Positions 10,360-20,299 of a stretch of DNA of 64,000 nucleotides are shown here, piece by piece; position 1 is the stretch's first letter, and each line of letters starts with the position of its first letter. Made by a program: the position numbers and the translations under genes. The notes beneath the pieces were generated by a model. The model saw only the letters and a list, made by a program, of their open reading frames with translations, was not told the origin of the DNA and did not search any database. The stretch is from assembly GCA_030648835.1 (NCBI GenBank), contig JAUSGT010000001.1, positions 69,010 to 133,009 of the forward strand, in the 5' to 3' direction. The stretch is from Candidatus Moraniibacteriota bacterium. Lineage in GTDB: Bacteria; Patescibacteriota; Minisyncoccia; Moranbacterales; UBA1568.

Positions 10360-10590
10360 TTACCTTCGTTTTGGCTGAAACGGAAGATTGGTGTTTGGCT
10401 CTTTCAATTCTTCCAGGCGGAGACGGGTTACCTCATCATCTGGTTTTTTAATAGCAGTATGGAGAGCCTCGTCGGTGAGGCCGAAGGGAGGGATGACGCC
10501 AACAGCCGTTTTGTATTCAGCTTCCAATTTGCGGCGGGCTTCTTTCGGATCGGGGGAAGTTTCAAGATTCAAATCCAATTGTTGCGGCAT
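10360..10590 (-). CDS. Small hypothetical protein (76 aa, MPQQLDLNLE...)
   Basis: Protein-like 3' part of the 179-aa ORF; ATG at 10590, TGCTATACT -10-like box just upstream on - strand. Confidence 0.55.
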   Translation of the reverse strand: MPQQLDLNLETSPDPKEARRKLEAEYKTAVGVIPPFGLTDEALHTAIKKPDDEVTRLRLEELKEPNTNLPFQPKRR

Positions 10591-10647
10591 AGGATTGATA
10601 TAGAGGATTATTTGTGTCTCAAGTATAGCATTTTTCAAAGTTGAGAC

Positions 10648-10698
10648 AAAAAAAGAGGGGATACCACGCGCGTGTTGCTGTTTGCGTGTGGTATCCCC
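10648..10698 (-). terminator. Intrinsic terminator (15-bp stem)
   Basis: GGGGATACCACGCGC / GCGTGTGGTATCCCC followed by T-run on - strand. Confidence 0.7.
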
Positions 10699-10766
10699 CA
10701 AAGGCTGGCTCCGCCTAACTGCCCCAGCAGGGAGGTGACTGGAATAGGGGAGCCAACAGAGAGAGG

Positions 10767-11093
10767 TTAGAACAGACGAAGCTGTTGTCCGGGCGTTGAA
10801 GTGACACCTTTCTTTGTTCGCCGACACTCTTGCTTGGCTTTTTTTGTCAGGTATTTTGCACGGCGATTGATACGAAATATAACATGTGCTTTTACCCACC
10901 TTAAAAGGTCATTGTAATAGGTGTTTTCGGGTGTTTTGTATTCAGGTTGCTTATTTTTGTGGATACCACGGGTACCCGCTTCTTTGGCAAATGCAGATAC
11001 AAACACTGTTTCGTTGAATTCTGATGGGGAGCCGATGGCATTAAATATGGATGCTCCCATTTCTGCAATCCTCGGATCTTTTCTTGAACTCAT
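10767..11093 (-). CDS. Hypothetical protein (108 aa)
   Basis: GGGGGAG RBS, TATAAT at 11140-11135 on - strand, downstream terminator. Confidence 0.5.
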   Translation of the reverse strand: MSSRKDPRIAEMGASIFNAIGSPSEFNETVFVSAFAKEAGTRGIHKNKQPEYKTPENTYYNDLLRWVKAHVIFRINRRAKYLTKKAKQECRRTKKGVTSTPGQQLRLF

Positions 11094-11185
11094 GGCTCCT
11101 CCCTGGAAGTTGTCAAAATAACTACATTTCGTATATTATACACCTTTTTTGCATTTTTGTAAAGGGTCGTGTATGATAGGAAACT

Positions 11186-12604
11186 ATGCCAAAGTTATGG
11201 GAGAAAATTCAAACGTTTGAGGCGTTTCGGAAAAAAAATAGCCTACCGGAAGTCCCGGGAGTGTATTTCTTCTTGGACGAGAAGAAAAAACTGCTCTATA
11301 TCGGCAAGGCGACGTCACTGCGTGATCGGGTAAAGAGCTATTTTTCGTCAGATATCGGCAGAACACGGGGACTCAAGATCGAGCGCATGCTTGAAAAAGT
11401 GGGTTTTGTGGCGCACCGGAAAACGGACTCGGTATTGGAGGCGCTCATTCTGGAAGCCAGTCTTATCAAGGTTCACCAACCTTCATATAATACCGACGCG
11501 AAGGATGATAAGAGTTACAATCACGTCGTCATTACCAAGGAGTTATTTCCCCGAGTACTTATTGTGCGCGGCCGCGACCTTGGGAGGCAAGAACCAATAA
11601 CCAATAACCAAAGACCAAAGACTGACAATCAACAGCAGAAAATGCGATATAAATATGTATTCGGACCGTTTCCGGCTGGGGGAGCGCTGCGTGAAGCGAT
11701 GAAGATCGTTCGCAAGTTGTTTCCTTTCCGAGACAGATGTATTCCGTTTGAAGAAAAAAGTATTAGTCATCTTGAACGTAGTCGAAGCCTGCCTGCCGGC
11801 GGGCAGGGATCTCGAGGGAGGAGAAGGAAGAACAGCAGCGAGATTCTTCGCGTTGCTCAGAATGACAAACCTCCCGCGTGTTTCAACAGACAAATCGGTT
11901 TGTGTCCCGGCGTGTGTACGGGAGAAATAACGGCGAGGGAGTATGCGCGCACCATCAACCATATCCGTTTGTTTTTCGAAGGGCACAAGGGAATGCTCAT
12001 AAAAAAATTGGAACGCGAGATGAAAACGGCGGCAAAAAATCTGGAATTCGAGTCAGCTGGGGGGATCAAAAAAACGCTTTTCGGATTGCGACATATTCAG
12101 GATATGGCGCTTATCAAGAATGACCAACAGCCAATAACCAATGACCAACAAGAAAAGATGCGGATTGAGGCGTATGATGTGGCTCATTTGGGCGGTAGTG
12201 CTAGCGTGGGAGTGATGGTCGTTTTGCAAAATGGCAGGTCAGCGAAAGAATTCTACAGAAAGTTCACATTACGTGGTGGGCACGAAGGCAACGACTTGAC
12301 GGCTTTGGAAGAAATCTTGAAGCGGCGCTTGAAACATCTTGAGTGGCCTCTGCCGGAAATTATCGTGGTGGACGGGGCACTCCTCCAACTTGGCGTGGCG
12401 GAGCAAGTGTCGCTCTCTTTGGGAATTACTATTCCTATTGTCGGGGTGGTGAAGAATACCAAACATCAGCCGGAACGTTTGATTGGTCCGGAAACATTGA
12501 CCAGGCGTTTCAAAAAAGAAATTCTTCTGGCCAATAGCGAAGCCCACCGCTTTGCTATTACATTCCACCGTGTGCGTCGGGGAAAGGAGTTTTTGAACAA
12601 GTAG
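11186..12604 (+). CDS. uvrC: UvrC-like excinuclease (GIY-YIG, Cys-rich, UVR, RNase H-like; no C-terminal HhH)
   Basis: PGVYFF...LYIGKATSLRDRVKSYF, CFNRQIGLCPGVC, IEAYDVAH, VVDG, EAHRFAITFHR. Confidence 0.9.
   Translation: MPKLWEKIQTFEAFRKKNSLPEVPGVYFFLDEKKKLLYIGKATSLRDRVKSYFSSDIGRTRGLKIERMLEKVGFVAHRKTDSVLEALILEASLIKVHQPSYNTDAKDDKSYNHVVITKELFPRVLIVRGRDLGRQEPITNNQRPKTDNQQQKMRYKYVFGPFPAGGALREAMKIVRKLFPFRDRCIPFEEKSISHLERSRSLPAGGQGSRGRRRKNSSEILRVAQNDKPPACFNRQIGLCPGVCTGEITAREYARTINHIRLFFEGHKGMLIKKLEREMKTAAKNLEFESAGGIKKTLFGLRHIQDMALIKNDQQPITNDQQEKMRIEAYDVAHLGGSASVGVMVVLQNGRSAKEFYRKFTLRGGHEGNDLTALEEILKRRLKHLEWPLPEIIVVDGALLQLGVAEQVSLSLGITIPIVGVVKNTKHQPERLIGPETLTRRFKKEILLANSEAHRFAITFHRVRRGKEFLNK
11766..11866. 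repeat. GTCAT...ATGAC palindromic element within uvrC, with nested 20-bp palindrome (11788-11807)
   Basis: GTCATCTTGAACGTAGTCGAAG[CCTGCCTGCCGGCGGGCAGG]GATCTCG...CGAGATTCTTCGCGTTGCTCAGAATGAC. Confidence 0.8.
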
Positions 12605-12615
12605 AGTTTCAAAAC

Positions 12616-12767
12616 AGCTTTCTGCCACAAGAATCTTTCCGGGAGGCTTGAAGTTTTTTTGAGCATGGTTCCGGCGTTTCGACGGATCAAAAAAAGTTCA
12701 CGCAAAGAGTTTGTCCGCTGGGGCAAACGAATGGCTACCCGGAGAGGTTGCTTGTGGTCGGAAAGCT
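12616..12767 (-). repeat. ~145-nt structured element, copy 2 (inverted)
   Basis: Reverse complement reads CACAAGCAACCTCTCCGGG...CCCAGCGG...GATCC...GGAACCATGCTCAAAAAAACTTC...AAGATTCTTGTG. Confidence 0.85.
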
Positions 12768-12877
12768 CAACGACAGAGAGGTGTGAGGAAATAAGTTTTT
12801 GTCCACAGAGGGGTAGTCTTGCCAGCACGCGAAAAAGAGAGTATCCTAAGAAACGACCATATCTTTTTTCGGACATA

Positions 12878-12897
12878 CCTGCCTGCCGGCAGGCAGG
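12878..12897. repeat. Perfect 20-bp palindrome CCTGCCTGCCGGCAGGCAGG
   Basis: Seen directly; variants at 11788 and 57640. Confidence 0.85.
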
Positions 12898-12921
12898 TCT
12901 CAAGAATAGCAGACGCTCTTT

Positions 12922-15720
12922 ATGCCAGGAAAAAAATCGGTGATTGAAATTCGCGGCGCACGAGTCAATAATTTGAAGAACGTGGATGTTGATATTCCGC
13001 GTAACGCGCTCGTTGTCGTGACGGGACTTTCCGGTTCGGGGAAATCTTCTTTGGCTTTTGATACTCTTTTTGCGGAAGCGAATCGGCGTTATGTCGAATC
13101 GCTTTCTTCGTATGCGCGCAATTTTCTTGATGGCTTCGACAAACCCGATGTGGATGCTATTCACAACCTCAGTCCGGCAATTTCCATCGATCAGAAGAGC
13201 GTGTCACGCAGTCCACGCTCCACGGTCGGTACCATGACGGAAGTCTACGATTACTTGCGTATTTTGTTTGCCAAACTCGGGGTACCGCATTGTCCCACAT
13301 GCGGGAAGCGGCTCATGCGAAAGAGTGTACGGGAAATTTTGGAAGAGATTCTCAATTTGCCCGATCAGACACCTTTGGTCTTCATTTCCTACAGCAAGGC
13401 GCTGAAGGAAAAAACCGAAGCGTCCGCGCTCGCGCAGATCGGTGTGTGGGGGTATGTGCGGGTATTGTTTCATGGAGAAGTCTTACCGATCGGAGACGCG
13501 CAGGCTGTGGCTTCGGCCACGGAGATTTCCGATATAGCGGTCGTCGTGGATCGGCTGACAATCAATCTGACTCGGCCCGACAAAGAGCGTATCCTCGATT
13601 CTCTCCAGACGGCCTTTCGCGTGGGACAGGGAACGCTCACGCTACGTATCAATGGGACCGGCGAGGAGCGTTTGTACAATGAGGAATACCGCTGTGAAGA
13701 ATGCGGCATCGGTCTGCCTCAGTGTACGCCGAGTCATTTTTCTTTCAATAGTCCCGAGGGGGCGTGCGAGAAGTGTGCGGGGCTCGGCGTGACACTCGAA
13801 TTCGATCCGGAGCTGGTTATTCCCAACAAAAATCTTTCCTTGGCCGAAGGAGCAATTCGTCCGTGGAGCAAGATGAACGGGGATCGGCATACCGGACAAG
13901 GACCGATGCATTGGTTGCGCGATTTGAGTCGGCAGATGAAGTTTTCATTCGATGTGCCGGTGAAGAAACTTTCCGCCAAATATTTTTCTTTCATACTGTA
14001 TGGCGATGGGAGGAAAGAGGAAGACGCTTTCCCCGGGGTGATCGCGCTCCTCGAGAAAAAATACCGTGAGACAAAATCGGATCATCTGCGGGCCGATATT
14101 GAGGCGTATATGTTGACCAAACTCTGTCCCGTCTGTCTCGGGAAACGTCTGAAAAAGAGTTCGCTTGCCGTGAAGATAGAAGGGTTGTCCATTAATGACT
14201 TGGTATCCGAGAGTGTGGAGAGATTTTTGGTACTCGAAAAATCATTGCGTGAGAAGCTTTTGAAAACCGGGGAAAAAGAGTTGATCAATCCTCTGTTTCG
14301 CGAAATGGAAACCCGTCTCATGGCGGTGGAAAAAGTGGGCCTCGGTTATCTGGAATTGTCCCGTGGCGCCGATACGCTTTCCGGTGGAGAGGCCCAGCGC
14401 GTCCGTTTGTCGGTGCAGATGAAATCGGGGCTTTCTGGCATCATCTATGTCCTCGATGAGCCATCGGTAGGCTTGCACAGCCGCGATACGGAAAGGCTCA
14501 TTCGCGCGTTGGAAGACCTGCGTACCGCCAACAATTCGCTCGTGATCGTCGAACACGACGTGGCGATTATGCGCAAGGCGGACTATATCATCGACTTGGG
14601 TCCGGGCGCCGGGAGCGAAGGTGGGGAAATTATTTTTTCCGGTACGCCGGAGAAACTGATGCATTCGAAACTTCTCACCGGTCAGTATCTTTCCGGTAAG
14701 CGCAAGATATCCGACAAAAAGAAAGCGCGGCCAATAAGCGCGGAAGCCATTACCATTTTTGGCGCGACGGAACACAATTTGAAAAATGTGGATGTCAAAA
14801 TCCCTCTCGGAATGCTCGTCGCCGTTTCCGGAGTTTCCGGGTCGGGTAAATCAAGTCTGGTGCATGATATTTTGTCGCGGGCGCTCTCCAAATATTTCTA
14901 TCATGCCAAGGCCGAGCCGGGCGCCCACAAGAAGATAGAGGGACTTTCCCACATCGACAAGGTGATTGCCGTGACACAGGATCCTATCGGTCGTACACCG
15001 CGTTCCAACGCGGCGACGTATACCGGTGTGTTCAGTCTGATCCGTGATTTGTTTGCGGCGACGGTAGAGGCAGGACGGGAAAAATATTCCGCCAGTCATT
15101 TCAGCTTCAATATGCGGGGTGGGCGCTGTGAATCCTGTCAGGGTGGCGGATTGAAAAAAATCGAGATGTATCTTTTGCCCGATGTCTACGTGCCGTGCGA
15201 AATCTGTCAGGGGACACGCTACAATGCGAAGACGTTATCTATCGAATACCGCGGAACGAATATCGCGTCAGTGCTCAAGATGACCGTCACGGAAGCGCGG
15301 CGTTTTTTCTTGGACCAGCCGATGATCGAAGAAAAGTTGCGCGTGTTGGAAGAAGTTGGTTTGGGTTACCTGGTTTTGGGACAGAGCGCCACCAATCTTT
15401 CCGGCGGAGAAGCCCAGCGGATCAAATTGGCGACGGAGTTGGCGCGCAAATCAACCGGTAAGACGCTCTATATTCTCGATGAACCGACCATTGGGCTCCA
15501 TTTCGAGGATGTGCGGCGTCTTTTGGAAGTGCTCGAAGTGTTGGTGGACAAGGGCAACAGCGTCCTGGTTGTGGAGCACAACCTCGATGTTATTGCCTCG
15601 GCTGATTGGGTGTTGGAGTTAGGCCCGGATGGGGGAGCCAAGGGCGGAGAGCTTATTTTCTCCGGACCACCGGAAAAATTGAAGAGCTGCAAGCGCTCTT
15701 TCACTGCAAAGTATCTGTAG
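12922..15720 (+). CDS. uvrA: Excinuclease ABC subunit A, copy 2 (full length)
   Basis: [18 protein letters not shown], two LSGGEAQR, insertion domain present. Confidence 0.95.
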   Translation: MPGKKSVIEIRGARVNNLKNVDVDIPRNALVVVTGLSGSGKSSLAFDTLFAEANRRYVESLSSYARNFLDGFDKPDVDAIHNLSPAISIDQKSVSRSPRSTVGTMTEVYDYLRILFAKLGVPHCPTCGKRLMRKSVREILEEILNLPDQTPLVFISYSKALKEKTEASALAQIGVWGYVRVLFHGEVLPIGDAQAVASATEISDIAVVVDRLTINLTRPDKERILDSLQTAFRVGQGTLTLRINGTGEERLYNEEYRCEECGIGLPQCTPSHFSFNSPEGACEKCAGLGVTLEFDPELVIPNKNLSLAEGAIRPWSKMNGDRHTGQGPMHWLRDLSRQMKFSFDVPVKKLSAKYFSFILYGDGRKEEDAFPGVIALLEKKYRETKSDHLRADIEAYMLTKLCPVCLGKRLKKSSLAVKIEGLSINDLVSESVERFLVLEKSLREKLLKTGEKELINPLFREMETRLMAVEKVGLGYLELSRGADTLSGGEAQRVRLSVQMKSGLSGIIYVLDEPSVGLHSRDTERLIRALEDLRTANNSLVIVEHDVAIMRKADYIIDLGPGAGSEGGEIIFSGTPEKLMHSKLLTGQYLSGKRKISDKKKARPISAEAITIFGATEHNLKNVDVKIPLGMLVAVSGVSGSGKSSLVHDILSRALSKYFYHAKAEPGAHKKIEGLSHIDKVIAVTQDPIGRTPRSNAATYTGVFSLIRDLFAATVEAGREKYSASHFSFNMRGGRCESCQGGGLKKIEMYLLPDVYVPCEICQGTRYNAKTLSIEYRGTNIASVLKMTVTEARRFFLDQPMIEEKLRVLEEVGLGYLVLGQSATNLSGGEAQRIKLATELARKSTGKTLYILDEPTIGLHFEDVRRLLEVLEVLVDKGNSVLVVEHNLDVIASADWVLELGPDGGAKGGELIFSGPPEKLKSCKRSFTAKYL

Positions 15721-15729
15721 TTTTTTTGG

Positions 15730-15875
15730 GTCTTTTCTCGCAAGCAACCTTTCCTGAGGTCGTTCGTTCACCCAGCGGTGAACTTCTCTTATGAGATTTT
15801 TTTGATCCGTCAGAACGACGGCACCGTGCTCAAAAAAATCTCAACTCCTCCGGCAAGATTCTTGCGAGAAAAGAC
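15730..15875 (+). repeat. ~145-nt structured element, copy 3
   Basis: GTCTTTTCTCGCAAG...CTTGCGAGAAAAGAC outer stem with the same conserved core. Confidence 0.85.
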
Positions 15876-15927
15876 CAACGTGGATTTTATTAGAAATTAG
15901 GTATTAGAAATTAGATACTTTTTGCTT

Positions 15928-16851
15928 ATGTCCTATCGTTTGGGGAAAAATATTGTGGTGACGGTGACGTATTATGATGTGCTCGATATGCCGCTTTCGG
16001 CGTTCGAGATATGGAAACACCTTATTTCCCAGAAGGATGACGATGTTTCTCATAACCAGCCATGTACTTTGGGAGACATCTATAAATTTCTTGCGTCGGG
16101 GCAATTGGATGCGAAAATCGAGGAGAAAAACGGTATGTATTTTTTGCGCGGACGCGAGGAACTTGTCGCCAGGCGCATCCAGGCGGAGAAAACCTCTGTT
16201 TCAAAATTGAAACGGATGCGGCGTTTAGTCTTTTTGCTTGATTATATTCCTTATATTCGGATGATTGGCGCGACGGGGAGTCTGGCGATGAAACAGGGTA
16301 CTCGGAAAAGCGATTGGGATATGTTTGTCGTTTTGCGTTCCGGAAAAATTTGGACCGGTCGTACCTTGCTCACGGGGTTTCTCCATCTGATAGGTAAGAG
16401 GCGACATGGAAGAAAAATTCAGGATCGCGCCTGTCTTAATTATTTTGTGACGGACGATAATTTAAAAATTTGCAATAGGGATTTGTTTACTGCCCACATA
16501 TTCCATTTTTTTATTCCTTTACTCCATTTTCCGCTGTTTCAGAAATTTGAATTAAAAAATCACTGGATACGGGAATATCGTCCGAATTTCATACCTGCAG
16601 AATTGCCAAGCCGATGGACTGTAAAAGAGAATATTCGTACACGATATATTAAAAACAAAATAGAGCGTTTTTTTGATTTTTTTAATCTAGAAAAATGGCT
16701 TGCTTCCTGGCAAAAAGAAAAAATTCGTCGTAATCCGAAGACGTATTTGGAAGGGGGATTGATTGAGGCACATGACCACGCTTTAATTTTCTTGCCTTCT
16801 CCGCCAGGACCGCGCGTTTTTGAGAAGTTCAAGGAACGCTTGAGCGCGTAA
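15928..16851 (+). CDS. Nucleotidyltransferase-domain hypothetical protein
   Basis: TGSLAM...SDWDMF (GS...DxD) Pol-beta-type motif. Confidence 0.7.
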   Translation: MSYRLGKNIVVTVTYYDVLDMPLSAFEIWKHLISQKDDDVSHNQPCTLGDIYKFLASGQLDAKIEEKNGMYFLRGREELVARRIQAEKTSVSKLKRMRRLVFLLDYIPYIRMIGATGSLAMKQGTRKSDWDMFVVLRSGKIWTGRTLLTGFLHLIGKRRHGRKIQDRACLNYFVTDDNLKICNRDLFTAHIFHFFIPLLHFPLFQKFELKNHWIREYRPNFIPAELPSRWTVKENIRTRYIKNKIERFFDFFNLEKWLASWQKEKIRRNPKTYLEGGLIEAHDHALIFLPSPPGPRVFEKFKERLSA

Positions 16852-16896
16852 AGTGTGCTATAATTGATGAACAAAACACAAACAAAGCATTTGGAT

Positions 16897-18117
16897 ATGC
16901 CGAAATTTTTATATACCGCAAAAAATATCACTACCGGGGAGAGTTCCGGTGGTGAGATGGACGTCAAGGATGAGAAGACACTGGCTCAGGACCTGCGAGA
17001 GCGGGGGTTGTTGCTGACTTCACATAAGGAAATCGAGACGACCAAATCCATCAACATCAAATTTTTTGATCGTTTTACCTCCATTCCGCTGAAAGAAAAA
17101 ATGGTGTTTATGCGGAATTTGGCGGTGATGGTATCGTCCGGATTGACGGTTTCCCGATCGATCCACAATTTGAGCGTTCAGACAAAAAACAAAAGATTTA
17201 ACAAAATCCTTTTGAGTGTCTACGATGATGTGCAGAGCGGGAAGACGCTCTCGGACGGTCTGGCTCGCTACCCGAGTGTTTTTGATGAGCTTTTCGTCAG
17301 TATGATCGGTGTCGGCGAAGTGAGCGGCAATCTCGAAGAGGTGCTCGAAATTCTGGCGCTCCAATTGGAAAAAGAGAGTGATTTGAGAAGCAAGGTGCTG
17401 GGAGCCCTTATTTATCCGGCGGTGATTGTGGTGGCGATGATCGCTATCGCTATCCTGATGCTTACATACATTCTTCCGAAAATCACCGGTGTCTTTCAGG
17501 ATATGGATGTGAAATTGCCGGCCACGACGCTGTTTATTATGGGCATGAGTGATTTTCTTCGCAACCACGCCATACTGAGCGTGGTGGTTTCCATAACAGT
17601 GGTGTTCGCGGTAAAGATCTTTTCCGGAACAAAACCCGGCAAACGTTTTTTCAGTCTGGTCTTCGTTTCTCTCCCGATTGTCGGCAATATTGTTATCAAG
17701 GTGAATTGCGCGCGGTTTGCCCGTATCTATAGTTCTCTTCTGAAAAGCGGTATCTCGGTGGTGAGCGGCCTGGCTATTGTATCCAAGACATTGGGAAACG
17801 TGTACTACAAGGAGGCTTTGGCGGAGAGCATAGCGGAAGTCCAAAAGGGCGTTGACTTGAGTAAAGTCATTTATCGGTATCCGCGGATATTTCCGGTTCT
17901 TGTACCACAGATTCTCGAAGTGGGTGAGGAAACCGGGAAAACAGAATCGGTGTTGCGACGTTTGGCGGAATTCTATGAAGAGGAAGTGTCGCAGATTACC
18001 AAGAATATGTCGTCGATTATTGAACCGATTCTCATGCTTCTTATCGGCACGTCGGTGGGATTTTTCGCGGTCGCGATGTTACAGCCGATGTATAGTGTCC
18101 TCGAAAACATCAAGTAG
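16897..18117 (+). CDS. pilC: Type IV pilus / T2SS F-family inner membrane platform protein
   Basis: GEVSGNLEEVL, ALIYPAV, GEETG, IEPILM, QPMY. Confidence 0.92.
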   Translation: MPKFLYTAKNITTGESSGGEMDVKDEKTLAQDLRERGLLLTSHKEIETTKSINIKFFDRFTSIPLKEKMVFMRNLAVMVSSGLTVSRSIHNLSVQTKNKRFNKILLSVYDDVQSGKTLSDGLARYPSVFDELFVSMIGVGEVSGNLEEVLEILALQLEKESDLRSKVLGALIYPAVIVVAMIAIAILMLTYILPKITGVFQDMDVKLPATTLFIMGMSDFLRNHAILSVVVSITVVFAVKIFSGTKPGKRFFSLVFVSLPIVGNIVIKVNCARFARIYSSLLKSGISVVSGLAIVSKTLGNVYYKEALAESIAEVQKGVDLSKVIYRYPRIFPVLVPQILEVGEETGKTESVLRRLAEFYEEEVSQITKNMSSIIEPILMLLIGTSVGFFAVAMLQPMYSVLENIK

Positions 18118-18118
18118 G

Positions 18119-18240
18119 TTCGAAATATTTTTTTAGAAAATTTCTTTGTTGCAGCTTCCAGTGCTCGACGCTGTATGCGACATACAGCTTACTTCGCGCT
18201 TCAGCTGTGCCGCGAACTTTTCTCAAAAAAATACTTCGAA
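18119..18240. repeat. Long imperfect palindromic intergenic element
   Basis: TTCGAAATATTTTTTAGAAAA ... TTTTCTCAAAAAAATACTTCGAA ends; inner GCTGTATG/CATACAGC hairpin. Confidence 0.6.
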
Positions 18241-18261
18241 AGTATTAGAAAGTTTTTTCTT

Positions 18262-19659
18262 ATGCAGACTAGTAGTTATCGGTTACCGGTTATTAGCTAC
18301 AAAGGTTTCACGCTTATTGAATCCTTGGTTTTTTTGTTTATTTTTGCCATTGTGTCGATGGTTTTTCTTCAGACGTACGCCGTTGGAACGCGCCTCATCA
18401 TCGAATCCAAGAATCGTCTCGGCGCGACCGCGCTGGCAAACCAGAAAATGGAAATTGTTCGGAGTATTGATTATACGACTATCGGGACCAAACACTGGAA
18501 TGGCACCGCGTGGGTGTATGGCATTCCGGCGGGGGATATTCTGGAAAACGAGACAATCAATGTGAATACGGTGCACTACAGCGTCGATACGGACGTTCGC
18601 TATGTGGATGACGCGTTTGACGGGAAATCAGGCGACAGTCCCAACGATACGATACCCAACGACTACAAGCGTGTGAAAATTTCCGTCTCATGGGGGGCTC
18701 AAGGCGCGGATCAAACCGTGATACTGACGAGCGATGTCGCTCCGGATGGTCTGGAAACGGCGGGGAGCGGCGGAGTGCTTTCCATCAATATATTGGATAT
18801 GCCGGGGGCGGGTGTATCGGATGCGACCGTGCGTATTGTCAATACATCCGCGGGCGTGGACACGACGACACAGACCGACGCGGCAGGCAATATCACTTTG
18901 CCGGGTGCGGCCGTCGGTGATCAGGAATACGCCCTGACAATTTCCAAGAACGATTATTACGGGGCGGTGACCTATCCGCCGTATCCGACTTCATCTTTCA
19001 ATCCGGTGGATATTCATGCTTCCGTCGTCGCCAACGCGCTCAATCCGGATGTCGTCAGGATAGATCGGGCGGCGGATATCGAGATCGATACGAAAGATCC
19101 TTTTGGTACAGCTGTTTCGAATATCAACTTTTCAATCACGGGAGGGAGAGTTATCGGAAATGTGCCAAATACCAATCCGGTTCAGCCGGTGTACGATTTT
19201 ACCCAGGATACGAGTACGGATGTTTCCGGGCAGAAGACATTTGCGAATCAGAGTTTTGGTACATACACGGTGGCTGTCTCGGGTTCCGGGTATACTTTTT
19301 ACAAGATCAGTCCGGAGAGTTCTCTCGTGAACGGCTTGGATGTTTCACCCGGCGAGGATTTTGTGGGGCAGGTGATTCTTCTTGATAACGCTCTTGGCTC
19401 GGTTTTTGTCAAAGTGACCAATGCGGCTGACGGAAGCGCCATAGAGGGGGCAGCGGCGCATCTGACCAATGCTATCGCCGGATATGATACGACACAAACT
19501 ACCGACAAGTTTGGCTTCGCCTATTTTCCGACAGCCCTTCCGGGGCTTGTGGCCGGAACATACACTTTGGAAGTCAGCAAGTCCGGTTTTCAGACGGATA
19601 ACGGGACATTTAGTGTCGGCAGCGCGCTTGTCACACGGACTATTCAGTTAGCACTTTAG
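18262..19659 (+). CDS. Large prepilin-type protein with carboxypeptidase-regulatory-like beta domains
   Basis: KG/FTLIE prepilin site plus TM; repeated GATVRI...TDAAG-type modules. Confidence 0.85.
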   Translation: MQTSSYRLPVISYKGFTLIESLVFLFIFAIVSMVFLQTYAVGTRLIIESKNRLGATALANQKMEIVRSIDYTTIGTKHWNGTAWVYGIPAGDILENETINVNTVHYSVDTDVRYVDDAFDGKSGDSPNDTIPNDYKRVKISVSWGAQGADQTVILTSDVAPDGLETAGSGGVLSINILDMPGAGVSDATVRIVNTSAGVDTTTQTDAAGNITLPGAAVGDQEYALTISKNDYYGAVTYPPYPTSSFNPVDIHASVVANALNPDVVRIDRAADIEIDTKDPFGTAVSNINFSITGGRVIGNVPNTNPVQPVYDFTQDTSTDVSGQKTFANQSFGTYTVAVSGSGYTFYKISPESSLVNGLDVSPGEDFVGQVILLDNALGSVFVKVTNAADGSAIEGAAAHLTNAIAGYDTTQTTDKFGFAYFPTALPGLVAGTYTLEVSKSGFQTDNGTFSVGSALVTRTIQLAL

Positions 19660-19663
19660 GCAT

Positions 19664-20299
19664 ATGGTATCAATGAAAAAAAATCCGAAGGCGATGACAC
19701 TCATAGAATTGTTGATGGCTATCGCAGTTATGTTGATCGTTATGGAAGGGTTCACCCTGTTGCTTGTTCGCAGCTGGGATACAAACAAGTTTATTCTGGA
19801 AGAGGGAATGGCTTCCGCGGCTGCTTCACGCGCGAGTAATAAGATTATCAGCGAACTGCGACGCGCCCGGCAGGGAGACGATGGTGATTTTCCGGTAGAG
19901 TCCGGTTCGTCTTTCGATTTGAAAGTATATCTTGATGTCGATAATGACGGTGTGACGGAACGGGTACATTATTATCTGGACAAAGATGCCGACGAATTGA
20001 AGAAGGGAATCGCCAACCCGCTTGGTACGACACCGATTACCTATCCGGAAAACGACGACAGCGTGTCGACGATGACGACGTACGTGGTCAATGCCGACAG
20101 TGACCCGGTGTTTTACTACTACAACCGGGATTATCCGGGTGACACGGTGAACAATCCGCTTGCGGTACCGCTCGGTAGTGGAGTCTCCGAGGTGAGGTTG
20201 GTCAGGGTGCATCTTTTGGTGAATATCGATCCGGTCCACGCGCCGAACAATGTTAACATTGAATCCTTCGCTGATTTGCGTAATCTGAATTCGTTATGA
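19664..20299 (+). CDS. Minor pilin (PilW/PulJ-like)
   Basis: KA/MTLIELL prepilin site; C-terminal LRN. Confidence 0.85.
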   Translation: MVSMKKNPKAMTLIELLMAIAVMLIVMEGFTLLLVRSWDTNKFILEEGMASAAASRASNKIISELRRARQGDDGDFPVESGSSFDLKVYLDVDNDGVTERVHYYLDKDADELKKGIANPLGTTPITYPENDDSVSTMTTYVVNADSDPVFYYYNRDYPGDTVNNPLAVPLGSGVSEVRLVRVHLLVNIDPVHAPNNVNIESFADLRNLNSL

